Of a DNA stretch of 64,000 nt, positions 18,203-28,216 are shown piece by piece. The stretch is taken from assembly GCA_965249275.1 (NCBI GenBank), contig CBDFLQ010000006.1:800001-864000 (forward strand), given 5' to 3'. Made by a program: the position numbers and the translations under genes. The DNA comes from Dehalococcoidia bacterium. Its GTDB lineage: Bacteria > Chloroflexota > Dehalococcoidia > Plut-88900. The stretch's first letter is position 1. Each line of letters starts with the position of its first letter. A model generated the notes under the pieces. The model was given only the letters and a program-made list of their open reading frames with translations, searched no databases and was not told where the DNA came from.

Positions 18203-20997
18203 ATGATGGAGAGTGGAAGGTTGGGATTCTGGCCCCGCATTGTATGGAGTGGATCGGCAGTTTTGCTTGTCTTGGCTTTGATATGGGCTTGCGCTCCATC
18301 GCAAGGCACGCCAACCCCGGACTCAACTCCAACGGCGACTACAGTAGCACCGCCAGCTACTGAGATAGTGCCACCGACCGAAGACCCAACGCCGACATCG
18401 GAAGCCAGCCTGACACCTGAGGCGTCTCCGGTGTTGGAGGTTACGCCTGTGCCGATTCCCACAAGCACCGCTGTTCCTACTCCTGCCCCAACAGCTACTC
18501 CGGCGCCAATACCTACACCTACCCCCATTCCTACACCTGTCCCACCTTGCAACCCGGCACAGGTAACAATAGCAGACCCGCATCCGTATAAAGAAATCGG
18601 CCTAGCCTCATTATGGGATCGATTTCCCTGGGCATATTGTGAACTTGTCAAAAGGCCATGGATATCGGAAGGGGGAGACGACCCAAATCACGTTGAACTC
18701 TCAGTATTGCGTTACCTGAGCCAGATGAGGATACCGGATGAGACTACTGCATTTGCATTAATACGCCTCCCGTTTCTGGACACCATTGAGTGGGTGATCA
18801 TGAAACCATGCAGTTCATGGCCGACCTCTCCCATACCGACCCGGATGGCTTAGCGCAACTCCTAACGCACGAATCACTTACATCCGGCGATAACAGCCCG
18901 ATACAGCTAATATATTTGGATGCAAAGCACCCAGATGCCGCAGCGGAAATCGCTGCCCAAGGCTGGGTCAAAGATGGGCTCTATAAGCATGAGTACGAGA
19001 CCCTGACACTTCTACAAGAAGCGGCCATTGGGTCAAACAAGTTCTTCAGATACCTGATGGACAGCGGTCCAAGCTGGATACCTCTGGGAACAGGGGTTGA
19101 TCAGTCAGCGCTTGAGACATTGGTGGCCTGGAGTCTTTGGGATGAAGATACGGTGATTCGCCTGGCTTCCATGCCTTTCTTGGAGACCATTGAATTTGTG
19201 GACGCAGAGGCTGTGCACCGCCTACGGGAGCTAGCGGAGAACAATCCTGATGGTCTACGGAACGTCCTGTCTCACCCAATCTTTGCTGATGGCATCAGAG
19301 ATGAGCTTGCGGTCCAAGTATCACTACTGTACCTGGAACAGACCAACCACGAATTAGCTGCCGCCATAAATGAGCTCCCGTGGATCCAAGACGGCATCAC
19401 TTATGTCCCGCCTCGGGACTGGAGCAACATCAATCCAGATCCGACAGAACATGAAACTACAAATATTCTTGATTTTATCGAAATGGGCATTCAGACCCCG
19501 GATTTCCTCCTAGATCTAACATCCAAGTCCTGGGTTAGAGACGGGCTGAGCGGTGCGGATACAAGCGTAATCAGCCCATTGTTCAATCTCGCAATTAGCG
19601 ATCCCCAAGTAGCAGCTGAGCTGCTGAGAATGCCGTTTCTGGATAGGATAAATCCACAGGACTCAGAAGTGCTATGGACACTGGCCATGCTGACAGAGAA
19701 TAGCTGGGTCCCTCTACAGGAGTTTCTGTCAAATCCGTTACTGGCGGGAGGAATTTCAAACGACAATATTTCCATAGTACAGCTACTTGAAGTAGAGATC
19801 CGGGAGCCCGAGAGATACGCCTCAATAGAAGGTCTGTCCTGGATTCAGGACGGTATTGACGTGTCGGAGGCATACGCGGTTACCGTATTGACCGAGCTGG
19901 CCCTGGATACGGATGCCGTATTCACGGCAGTAATGGAGAAAAACTGGGTAAGGAACGGGCTTACCCGAGAAGAGGCAACAGCGATTTTCCACCTGATAAC
20001 CATGTCAGGGCTATCATGGGGCGAACAGGACGTAGACACCACGCTGAGAATCATAGCCATGCCGTTTCTGAATACCTTTGAACCGGTGGATGCTGCAGCC
20101 GTGGATGGGTTAGCAAGGCTACACCACAATGGTGACGGGGATTATTTACACCAGGTATTGAACCACCCTTCTTTGAGAGACGGCATTGATGATGCAGACA
20201 CTCTGATAGTTGCGGTCCTACCTCATGTTGTAGAAAGAGTGCCAAAAAAGCTGAATATACTGCTGGACCCCGGACAGATTTATCGGCAAGAACGCAAGAT
20301 AATGCTTCCGCTAGCCGGTGAAATAACCGTCGCAACTATCCACACAGTTCCCGGAACATTCAGCACAATGGACATACTGGAAGAAATCGTCCGCCAATAT
20401 GAGGTTTTCATGAACGTGGCCTACCCCAGCAACGTGGCGGCTATAGTTGTTGTAGATTTGGGGGGCCCGAGGGGTGGAGGTGGCCCTAGCGGTATCATTA
20501 CTCTCCACCCGGGTTCTGAAGAGGACGTGGAGCTTATTGCCCATGAGGCTACCCGTACCTATTGGAACTTTTATCCGCCCTGGATTCGAGAAGGCGCAGC
20601 CGAGTTCATGGCGAAAATAGTGATTGGGCAGCTTGACGAAGCACCAGCTTCACCGAGTGAGACGGGATGTAGCCTGGCCAAAACTCTGGGAGAACTAGAC
20701 CAATTAACGTACGGACCAGGCCTTGATGAAGATGCGGTTTGGTGGTCGGGGTGCAGTTACACGATGGGCTTGGGGTTGTATGCGGACTTGTACAACAGCC
20801 TGGGCGATGAAGAGTTCCGGAGAGGATTCGGCGGGCTGTACCTAAAGATGCGGAATGAAGAACACAATGATGAGTGCTTCGGAGTCGAAAGAGGTCTTTG
20901 CTATGCGCGAAAGGCCTTCGTTGAGGATGCCTCACCCGGGTTTGCCGATACCGCCGGAGGGGTTATAGATCGGTGGTACTACGGGGAGTCGCAATGA
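18203..20997 (+). pseudogene. Large Pro/Thr-stalked lipoprotein with helical repeats and a C-terminal gluzincin-like domain, split by a one-base frameshift
   Basis: 18203..18853 and 18790..20997 join as LPFLDTIEW|GDHETMQF if one G is added to GGG at 18792-18794, matching the paralog's LPFLDTIDWGDSNTMRF; HExxH appears as HEATR. Confidence 0.7.
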
Positions 20998-21118
20998 CCC
21001 CATCCCTGTCCCCAGGCACATGTGCTCTCACCCCGTCTCTGTGACCTTTGGTTAGTTGGCGTTTACGAAGAATTGCATAGAAACTTAGGCGATAGGCAAT
21101 TGCCTGAAAGGTTGGTCG

Positions 21119-22597
21119 TTGGAGAGCGAGGGGCCGGGACTAGTAGGCAGAAGGCTAAGGTTAGCCGTTTTGTCCGTATCAACTCTAGCCTTGGTTTGGG
21201 CCTGTGGATTGGCACCAGTGACCCCCGCCCCCGACCCAACGCCGGCCAATGTAGGCCTGTCGCCCATACCCACCGGCACCCCGATACCGACTGTGCCGGT
21301 GGCGTCCACCCAGATTGTAATTGCAGCGACGCCAATGGCCACGGGTACCAGCGTGCCAGTTCCTGACCTTGAGTTCCCATGCGCTTTGGATGAAGCCTCC
21401 ATGAATGACCCGCATAAAGGTCACTCTCTAATGAGGCTAGCCGAGTCTCACCCCGATATCTACTGCGAGGTGGCCAAGAGACCGTGGCTCCGGGACCCGG
21501 ACAACGATCCTCATCAAGTAGAGCCGGTTGTCTTGCACTTACTTGCCGAGCTGGCCACCAAGAACCCGGCTTCCACCTTGAAAGTAGCTAAATTGCCGTT
21601 TCTGGATACCATCGACTGGGGCGATTCAAATACGATGCGTTTCCTAACCGAGTTGTATGAAAGCGACCGGGAAGGATTTCATCTACTGATATCCAACAAG
21701 TCTGCTACGACCGGGAATCCTGAGAAGCCATTTCCGCTCATATATCTGGAGCTGGGTGATCCAGACTCAGCCGCCGAAATTGCCGCGCTGGACTGGGTTC
21801 AAGACGGCCTGCACTTTCAAGAACACAGGGCCGTGACGATACTTCAAGAATTGGCAGGCGTTTCCAGGAAAACATTCAGGCTCCTGCTGGAGTCGAATTG
21901 GCCTCGGCAGCCCGTGAAGGGGGGCGTAGAAATCCTAGCCTTTGAAGTCCTGGTAGATATGGCCCCCATAGATGAAGATGCCGTAATCCAAATTGCCGAT
22001 ATGCCTTTCCTGGGTACCGTCGAGTACATTGACTGGCAAGTGGTGACTCGTTTGCACGAGCTAGGCCTGGAGAATCCCGACGCGCTGGACCGTATTCTGC
22101 GAGATTCCACTACCAGAGGCGGAATAACCGATGAGCAAGTCTTCGACATCTTGTTCCTGTACCTGGAACAGGACGCCCCGGCTGCCGCGGAAACGATTCG
22201 GAGCCTCCCATGGGTGCAGGACGGCATAACCTACGTGCCTCCACAAGATATTGTCAACCCGGACGCACCTCCAAGGGAGTTGGAACCATATTTCGTCATG
22301 AATATGGTCAATTTCGCCGCCGCCAGTCCTGACTTCCTCTTCGAGTTCGCCGAGAAACCCTGGGTGCAAGACGGGCCTGATCGAATCGAAAGAAGCATCG
22401 TGTATAACTTTCGCTACTTCGTGCCCAGGGACCCCCAAAAAGCGCTACGCGTGCTGCAATTGCCGCTTCTGGAAACCATAGAGGAAGGCGACGCATTTTA
22501 CGTGGAATCGTTGGCTGATCTGGCAAGAAAGAACAAGGCAGGTTTCGAAGAGGCTATGGCCAGGCTGGCTGAAAGTGGCAGCGCTTCAGACAACTAG
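21119..22597 (+). CDS. Pro/Thr-stalked lipoprotein with helical repeats; shorter tandem paralog of 18203-20997
   Basis: LVWAC lipobox; shared YCExxKRPW, LPFLxTI, LPWxQDGITYVPP and PDFL motifs. Confidence 0.8.
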   Translation: MESEGPGLVGRRLRLAVLSVSTLALVWACGLAPVTPAPDPTPANVGLSPIPTGTPIPTVPVASTQIVIAATPMATGTSVPVPDLEFPCALDEASMNDPHKGHSLMRLAESHPDIYCEVAKRPWLRDPDNDPHQVEPVVLHLLAELATKNPASTLKVAKLPFLDTIDWGDSNTMRFLTELYESDREGFHLLISNKSATTGNPEKPFPLIYLELGDPDSAAEIAALDWVQDGLHFQEHRAVTILQELAGVSRKTFRLLLESNWPRQPVKGGVEILAFEVLVDMAPIDEDAVIQIADMPFLGTVEYIDWQVVTRLHELGLENPDALDRILRDSTTRGGITDEQVFDILFLYLEQDAPAAAETIRSLPWVQDGITYVPPQDIVNPDAPPRELEPYFVMNMVNFAAASPDFLFEFAEKPWVQDGPDRIERSIVYNFRYFVPRDPQKALRVLQLPLLETIEEGDAFYVESLADLARKNKAGFEEAMARLAESGSASDN

Positions 22598-22626
22598 AGA
22601 GCCGTTATACCAGGCATCGCTGCTTC

Positions 22627-23130
22627 CTACCCCAATCCCGACTTATATCTCGGGATCATGCAGGTGTAGAGCTGGCTGGCGGTTTTTAGGTGGTCGGCGA
22701 GCTCTTTTTTAAGGGGCCTGACCTGGGCCGGGACTCCGGCTACGAAGGAGTAGGGAGGGACACGGGCGCCTTCTTTCACCACCGCCCCCGCAGCGACCAG
22801 GCAGAACTCTCCGATCTCGGAGTCGGCGAGAAGGGTGGCGTTGATGCCTATCAGGGAATGGTGGCCGATCTTTCTCGCTTCAACAACCGCCGCGTGCCCG
22901 ATGGTTACGTCCTCCCCGATATCGACTCCCCCGGTGTGGATGACCACGTTATCCTGCACGTTGCTGCGGTTGCCTATTCTGGTTGTGCCATGGTCGGCGC
23001 GGATGACTGCGCCCGGTAGGATCATGCACTCCTCGCCCACCTCCACGTCGCCTATGAGGACCGCATCCTGGTCAACGTAGGCGGAGGGGTGGATGCGGGG
23101 CGTCTTGCCCTCGAATGAGCGGATTGACAT
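22627..23130 (-). CDS. Gamma-carbonic anhydrase family (hexapeptide repeat) protein
   Basis: IRAD, SNVQDNVVIH, VTIGH, GVPA. Confidence 0.88.
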   Translation of the reverse strand: MSIRSFEGKTPRIHPSAYVDQDAVLIGDVEVGEECMILPGAVIRADHGTTRIGNRSNVQDNVVIHTGGVDIGEDVTIGHAAVVEARKIGHHSLIGINATLLADSEIGEFCLVAAGAVVKEGARVPPYSFVAGVPAQVRPLKKELADHLKTASQLYTCMIPRYKSGLG

Positions 23131-23255
23131 CTTGTTTCACTCCTAAAGACGCGGAACGGGGATGAGTTGGCGGCCGGGGGACAACCGTGTGAAATTTACC
23201 ACAGGTATGCTAAACTGCAACCGCTCCCAACCCCCCGACTCCACCCACGAAACTC

Positions 23256-24254
23256 ATGCTCAACGGCAAAAAAGGCAGAGTATTTTCCGGTGCCCGACCC
23301 ACGGGTCGGCAGCACCTCGGCAACTACCTCGGCGCAATCCAGAACTACGTCGCCCTTCAGGACGACTACGACTGTATTTACTGCGCCGTCGACATTCACG
23401 CCCTCACTACCCTGGAGAACACCTCCCAGATGCAGGACAACATCAAGGAGATGCTCCTGGACTGGCTGGCCGCAGGCCTCGACCCCGACAAGTCCATCCT
23501 CTTCGTCCAGTCCCACGTCCCGGAAGTCCTCGTCCTGCACACCCTCCTCAGCATGGTCACGCCCCACGGGTGGCTGACCCGGGTCCCGACCTTCAAGGAG
23601 ATGGCCCGCAATCAGCCGGACAACGTTAACTATGGCCTTGTCGGCTATCCCGTCTTGATGACCGCCGACATCGTGATGTACAAGGCCGACACCGTCCCCG
23701 TCGGGGAGGACCAAGTCGCTCATTTAGAGCTCGCCCGCGAGATAGTGAGGCGGTTCAACAATATTTTTGGTCCCACCTTCCCGGAACCCCAGCCAAAGTT
23801 CACCGAGGCCCCCCTCATTGTCGGGCTGGACGGCAGTCACAAGATGAGCAAGAGCCTCGGGAACCACGTCGAGCTCGCCGCGTCGCCGGACGAAACCCGG
23901 AAGAAGGTCATGGGCGCTGTAACCGACCCCCAACGCATGCGCAAGACCGACCCTGGACGCCCAGAGGTCTGCAATGTCTTCTCTCTACACAAGCAGTTCA
24001 ACCCCGACAAAATCGAAGATATAGCCGAGCAGTGCCGCACCGCCCAGCGCGGCTGCGTCGACTGCAAGCGTATGCTGGCCGATGGCATAAACGATGCCCT
24101 GAAACCGTTCCGAGAGCGCAGACGTCAGCTTGCTGAGAAGCCCGCCTACCTTAGAGAGGTCCTTGATGATGGCGCCCGCAGGGCAAGCGTCATTGCCCGC
24201 GAGACCCTGGAAGAGGTCAAGGAAAAGATGGGCCTCAAGGCCAAGGCCTGGTGA
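23256..24254 (+). CDS. trpS: Tryptophan--tRNA ligase
   Basis: SGARPTG-x2-HLGNYLG, YPVLMTADI, VPVGEDQ, KMSKS. Confidence 0.97.
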   Translation: MLNGKKGRVFSGARPTGRQHLGNYLGAIQNYVALQDDYDCIYCAVDIHALTTLENTSQMQDNIKEMLLDWLAAGLDPDKSILFVQSHVPEVLVLHTLLSMVTPHGWLTRVPTFKEMARNQPDNVNYGLVGYPVLMTADIVMYKADTVPVGEDQVAHLELAREIVRRFNNIFGPTFPEPQPKFTEAPLIVGLDGSHKMSKSLGNHVELAASPDETRKKVMGAVTDPQRMRKTDPGRPEVCNVFSLHKQFNPDKIEDIAEQCRTAQRGCVDCKRMLADGINDALKPFRERRRQLAEKPAYLREVLDDGARRASVIARETLEEVKEKMGLKAKAW

Positions 24255-25072
24255 GCGAAGTCCCCATATCCGCAACCGGCAAGACCGCCGAGCAGGTAGC
24301 CCGAGAAGCGGTCGCCCTCGCAAGCCGCATCCTCGTCAGAGGCTTCCGAAGGCAGAAGAAGGTCTACTTCAAGGGCCGCGGCAATGTGGTAACCGACACC
24401 GACTATCGCGCTGAGGCACGTGTCATATACCACCTCCAACGGGAGTTCCCCGACTTCTCCATCCTATCCGAAGAAAAGGGCGCTATCGAGGGAACTGGAG
24501 GCTACACCTGGATAATAGATCCCCTGGACGGCAGCCGTAACTTCGCCTCGGAGAACCCACACTTTGCCGTAAACCTCGGCCTAGCCTACGAGGGTGACAT
24601 GCTCCTAGCCTTCACGTTAGATCCACTGCGTAAGGAGCTTTTTCACGCCATCAAGGGCGGCGGTGCATTCCTGAACAGGGCACCCATATCCGTGTCCCGA
24701 CAAGAGAACATCGCCGCCTCAATACTCGCCACCGACATGGGTTACGACGAGGAGATGGCCCGCCGAGGCCTTGAGATGCTAGCTAATCTCTGGCCCGGGA
24801 TGCAGACCGTTCGGATAATGGGGTCGGCGGCGCTGGGTTTGGCTTGGGCCGCTTGCGGCAGGGTGGACCTCTACTTTCATCATGCCCTGGCCCCCTGGGA
24901 CGTGATGTGCGGCCTGCTCCTGGTACGGGAGGCCGGGGGAGTCATCACCTCGGGATCAGGCGGGCATGCAGACTTTCACAAGCCGAGCATCATAGCCACC
25001 AACGCTCAGATCCATGCCGAGTTTCTGGAACGGACTGAAGGCTCGGCGTGGCGGGCCCACGTCACGGGCTAG
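24251..25072 (+). CDS. Inositol monophosphatase family protein
   Basis: LSEE, WIIDPLDGSRNF, GSAAL, PWD, EAGG. Confidence 0.92.
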   Translation: MSEVPISATGKTAEQVAREAVALASRILVRGFRRQKKVYFKGRGNVVTDTDYRAEARVIYHLQREFPDFSILSEEKGAIEGTGGYTWIIDPLDGSRNFASENPHFAVNLGLAYEGDMLLAFTLDPLRKELFHAIKGGGAFLNRAPISVSRQENIAASILATDMGYDEEMARRGLEMLANLWPGMQTVRIMGSAALGLAWAACGRVDLYFHHALAPWDVMCGLLLVREAGGVITSGSGGHADFHKPSIIATNAQIHAEFLERTEGSAWRAHVTG

Positions 25073-25171
25073 ACCCCGAGCAGCGCAAAGTCCCCACCGC
25101 GGGAGCCTCCTCCTCTTGTGTCGGCCAAAGAGCTCGGGATACCATTTGCCCCGACCTGACGGGAGCAACCT

Positions 25172-25876
25172 TTGAAGATAGCAGTTGTCCTGACACTAGC
25201 AGCGGTCTTCCTTGCCTTGGTGTCGGCCTGCACATCCACCTCCTCCACACCATTGACGGCTTCCTCGGTCCCGACTCCTGAGCCTACGCATCTCCCCGCC
25301 TCCCCTACGCAAACCGCACCACTCCAGCCATCGCCCACCCTTCCGCCCACTTCCGCCACTCCCTTCATAACGCCTACATCTCCCCCAACTCCCACACCTT
25401 TGCCCCCCAGAGTCCCGACTGCCACGCCTCAAACGACCCCTACACAGCCGGCCCCAACCCCAACTCCTCTCTACACAACGCCGACCGTGGTCATAGGTCC
25501 CGTGGCGTTCCCGGTGGAAGTGGCCGTGACCCCTGAGCAGCGCCGACAGGGGCTCTCGGGCAGGCCTGCTCTGACCTCACGGACTGGGATGCTCTTCGTA
25601 TTCGAATCGCCGATGCCACTGCAGTTCTGGATGAAGCGGATGCAATTCCCGCTGGATTTCGTGTGGATCGGGGCAGATTGCACGATAGGTGAAATCACCC
25701 GAGACGTCCCGCCCCCTCCCCCTGGCACCGAGGACTCAGACCTTGCGCGCATAAGCCCTCAAGATGACATGCAATACGTGCTGGAAATCAACGCCGGCGA
25801 GGCGTCAGGACAAGGCCTCGAGCCTGGCCAGTCGGTGGTTTTCGCGGGGTCTATTGCCGGGCGGTTCGAGTGCTAG
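25172..25876 (+). CDS. DUF192-domain lipoprotein with Pro/Thr stalk
   Basis: VSAC lipobox; VEVA..R..GL, GMLFVF, FWMK, PLD, YVLEINAG. Confidence 0.88.
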   Translation: MKIAVVLTLAAVFLALVSACTSTSSTPLTASSVPTPEPTHLPASPTQTAPLQPSPTLPPTSATPFITPTSPPTPTPLPPRVPTATPQTTPTQPAPTPTPLYTTPTVVIGPVAFPVEVAVTPEQRRQGLSGRPALTSRTGMLFVFESPMPLQFWMKRMQFPLDFVWIGADCTIGEITRDVPPPPPGTEDSDLARISPQDDMQYVLEINAGEASGQGLEPGQSVVFAGSIAGRFEC

Positions 25877-26039
25877 GCGACTCGAACTACTGAGCAACCG
25901 CGCCATGTTGCCAAAGGTGAAAGCGCTAAGTTAGGATAATCATCGCCTTTGGGGGAGAAGGCGACCACCGTTTGACTCGTCAGGCTCCGAAGCGCACTCT
26001 TGGGCCCGGTGCATCCGGCCCACACAACTGAGGTAGCAA

Positions 26040-27488
26040 ATGGGACTACGTACAGGTGAAGAATACCGGGAATCGATAAGGGACGGGCGCGAGGTCTACT
26101 ACGACGGCGAGTTGGTAAAGGACATAACTGTCCACCCCGCTTTCAAGCCTATCATCGACGTCCGCTCGCGGATGTACGACATGCAGAACGAGGCGGCCTT
26201 CGAGGAGGCCACCACTTTCGATTTCAACGGCGAGCCGGCAGCCCGTTCATTGAAACCACCCACTTCCGTCGACGACCTGGCCGCCCAGAGACGCTACGTA
26301 GAGACTGTCCTCACCGAGATTGGCGGGATAGTCGAGCGAGTCGGGGACGACACTGCGGGTGAGCTTTGGTCGATGTACGATGCCCGGGAGACGCTGCGCA
26401 AGTTCAACCCCATGTTCGCAGAGAACGTTGAGCGGCACGTTAACCGGCTCCAGGAACTGGACCTGTTCCACGTGAGCGGCAACACCGACCCCAAGGGAGA
26501 CCGCAGCCGTCCACCGCAGGAACAGGACCCCGACATGCTCCTGCATGTCGTCGATGAGACCGACAAGGGGATAATCGTGCGGGGCGCGAAGTACGAAACC
26601 GCCGCCTGCTATGCGAACCAGGGTTTCGTAAAACCGACCATCGCTCAATGGGGGGAAGGGCTGAAGGACTACGCTGTCGGTTTCATCACGGATATGAACA
26701 GCCCGGGGCTCAAGCTGATATGCCGCACGGGGTTTGCGGTCGGCAAGGACCCCAAGGACTATCCGATATCAACCCGTTTCGACGAGATCGACACGCTGCT
26801 AATATTCGACAACGTTCTCGTGCCTTGGGAGAACGTGCTGTTTTGCCGGGAACCCCAGGCCGCCGCCTACATCCGGGGCACGTTACACCGGTACGTAGTT
26901 TTTCCATTCGTCCTAAGGACGCTGTTCAGGGCTGACTACCTGCTGGGAACAGCCTTTCTCAACATCGAGCAGACCGGTCTGCAAAACGTACCCCAGGTGC
27001 GGGAAAAGCTGACGCAATTAATGTGCTACCGGGAGACCATCAACGCCCACCTTCACGCTGCAGTCCACTGCGCGGAGCCGAGCCCCGGCGGTCTTACCAT
27101 GCCCAACCAGGCCATCATCTACGCAGGCCGTATCTACGCATCCAGCAACCTGCCGGCCATGGTGGGCATAGTAAGGGAGCTGGCAGGAGGTCAGCTGGAG
27201 CTCACTCCCGACACAGCCGCATGGAAGAATCCCGAGATCCGCAAATACCTCGAAAAATACTATTCTGTCGGAGACTGGAGCATGGAGGACCGCATAAAAC
27301 TCCTCCACTTCACCCGTGACATGGTCGACTCCTCGATGGCAGGGCACAAGCTGGCCTTCCAACTATTCGCACAGAGTCCTCCCTACGCCAACCTCCTCGC
27401 CCTTTATTTCAACTTCGATCCAACGCCGATGAAAAAGCTGGTCAGGAAGGCCGCCGACCTCTCCCATGAGGTAATGAAGGAGAAGTAG
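26040..27488 (+). CDS. 4-hydroxyphenylacetate 3-hydroxylase-family (group D) flavin monooxygenase, oxygenase component
   Basis: RTGEEYRESIRDGREVYYDGE, DPKGDRS, GIIVRGAK, RFDEIDTLLIFDNVLVPWE. Confidence 0.88.
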   Translation: MGLRTGEEYRESIRDGREVYYDGELVKDITVHPAFKPIIDVRSRMYDMQNEAAFEEATTFDFNGEPAARSLKPPTSVDDLAAQRRYVETVLTEIGGIVERVGDDTAGELWSMYDARETLRKFNPMFAENVERHVNRLQELDLFHVSGNTDPKGDRSRPPQEQDPDMLLHVVDETDKGIIVRGAKYETAACYANQGFVKPTIAQWGEGLKDYAVGFITDMNSPGLKLICRTGFAVGKDPKDYPISTRFDEIDTLLIFDNVLVPWENVLFCREPQAAAYIRGTLHRYVVFPFVLRTLFRADYLLGTAFLNIEQTGLQNVPQVREKLTQLMCYRETINAHLHAAVHCAEPSPGGLTMPNQAIIYAGRIYASSNLPAMVGIVRELAGGQLELTPDTAAWKNPEIRKYLEKYYSVGDWSMEDRIKLLHFTRDMVDSSMAGHKLAFQLFAQSPPYANLLALYFNFDPTPMKKLVRKAADLSHEVMKEK

Positions 27489-27522
27489 GCCCGGACCCTT
27501 ACCGCAACAAAAGGAGAACACG

Positions 27523-28194
27523 ATGACTTTCTCATTAGTGGGACACTGCAAGAGGACCGGTATGGTCGGGATGGCCGTATCCACCAGCAGCATCTGCGTC
27601 GGGGCCCGCTGCGTATGGGTTGAGACGGGAGTCGGAGCGGTGGCATCGCAGAACCTCACTGACCCGCGGCTCGGGAAGCTGGGTCTGGACCTGCTCCGCC
27701 GAGGCTACTCCGCCAAGGCTGTAGTGGACGAGCTGATCAAGGCTGGGGCCTACCCTCAGTACCGGCAGATCGGCGTCGTAGACATCGTCGGGGGCACGGC
27801 TGCGCACACGGGCAGTCAAGTCTATATGGAGAACAACGAATATCTGGGAGACGGTGTGGTTGCAGTCGGGAACCTGCTTTTCTCTGAGGCCGTGGCCGTT
27901 GCTATTGGGAAGGGATTTGAGGCCGATCCGGACCTCCACCTGGCGGAACGGCTGGTGAGGGCGTTGGAGGCGGGCAAGGCTGCTGGCGGGGAGGTTGGGA
28001 AGAATGAGCACTCCGCGGCACTGGTCGTACATCATAGGTATCCGTTCCCTGTCATTGATCTCCGAGTCGACTGGCATGATGCGCCCATCACGGAACTGCG
28101 TCGGCTCTGGGGCCTTTACGAGCCACAGATGAACGATTTCATCGACAGGGCTATCAACCCCGATGTTGCCGCCCCCCACCTCACAGGCCCCTAA
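27523..28194 (+). CDS. DUF1028 family (Ntn-hydrolase-like) protein
   Basis: MTFSLV N-terminus, GVGAVASQ, RQIGVVD, GNLL, AGGE, SAAL, DLRVD. Confidence 0.9.
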   Translation: MTFSLVGHCKRTGMVGMAVSTSSICVGARCVWVETGVGAVASQNLTDPRLGKLGLDLLRRGYSAKAVVDELIKAGAYPQYRQIGVVDIVGGTAAHTGSQVYMENNEYLGDGVVAVGNLLFSEAVAVAIGKGFEADPDLHLAERLVRALEAGKAAGGEVGKNEHSAALVVHHRYPFPVIDLRVDWHDAPITELRRLWGLYEPQMNDFIDRAINPDVAAPHLTGP

Positions 28195-28216
28195 GCCTTA
28201 GAGGAGGCATTCTCAC

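Noticed and set aside
25950-26000. Glycine riboswitch (GGAGA...CCGAAG...CTCT fragments)
   Set aside because: Lacks the CTCTCAGG core and proper helices; kept only as a generic structured leader
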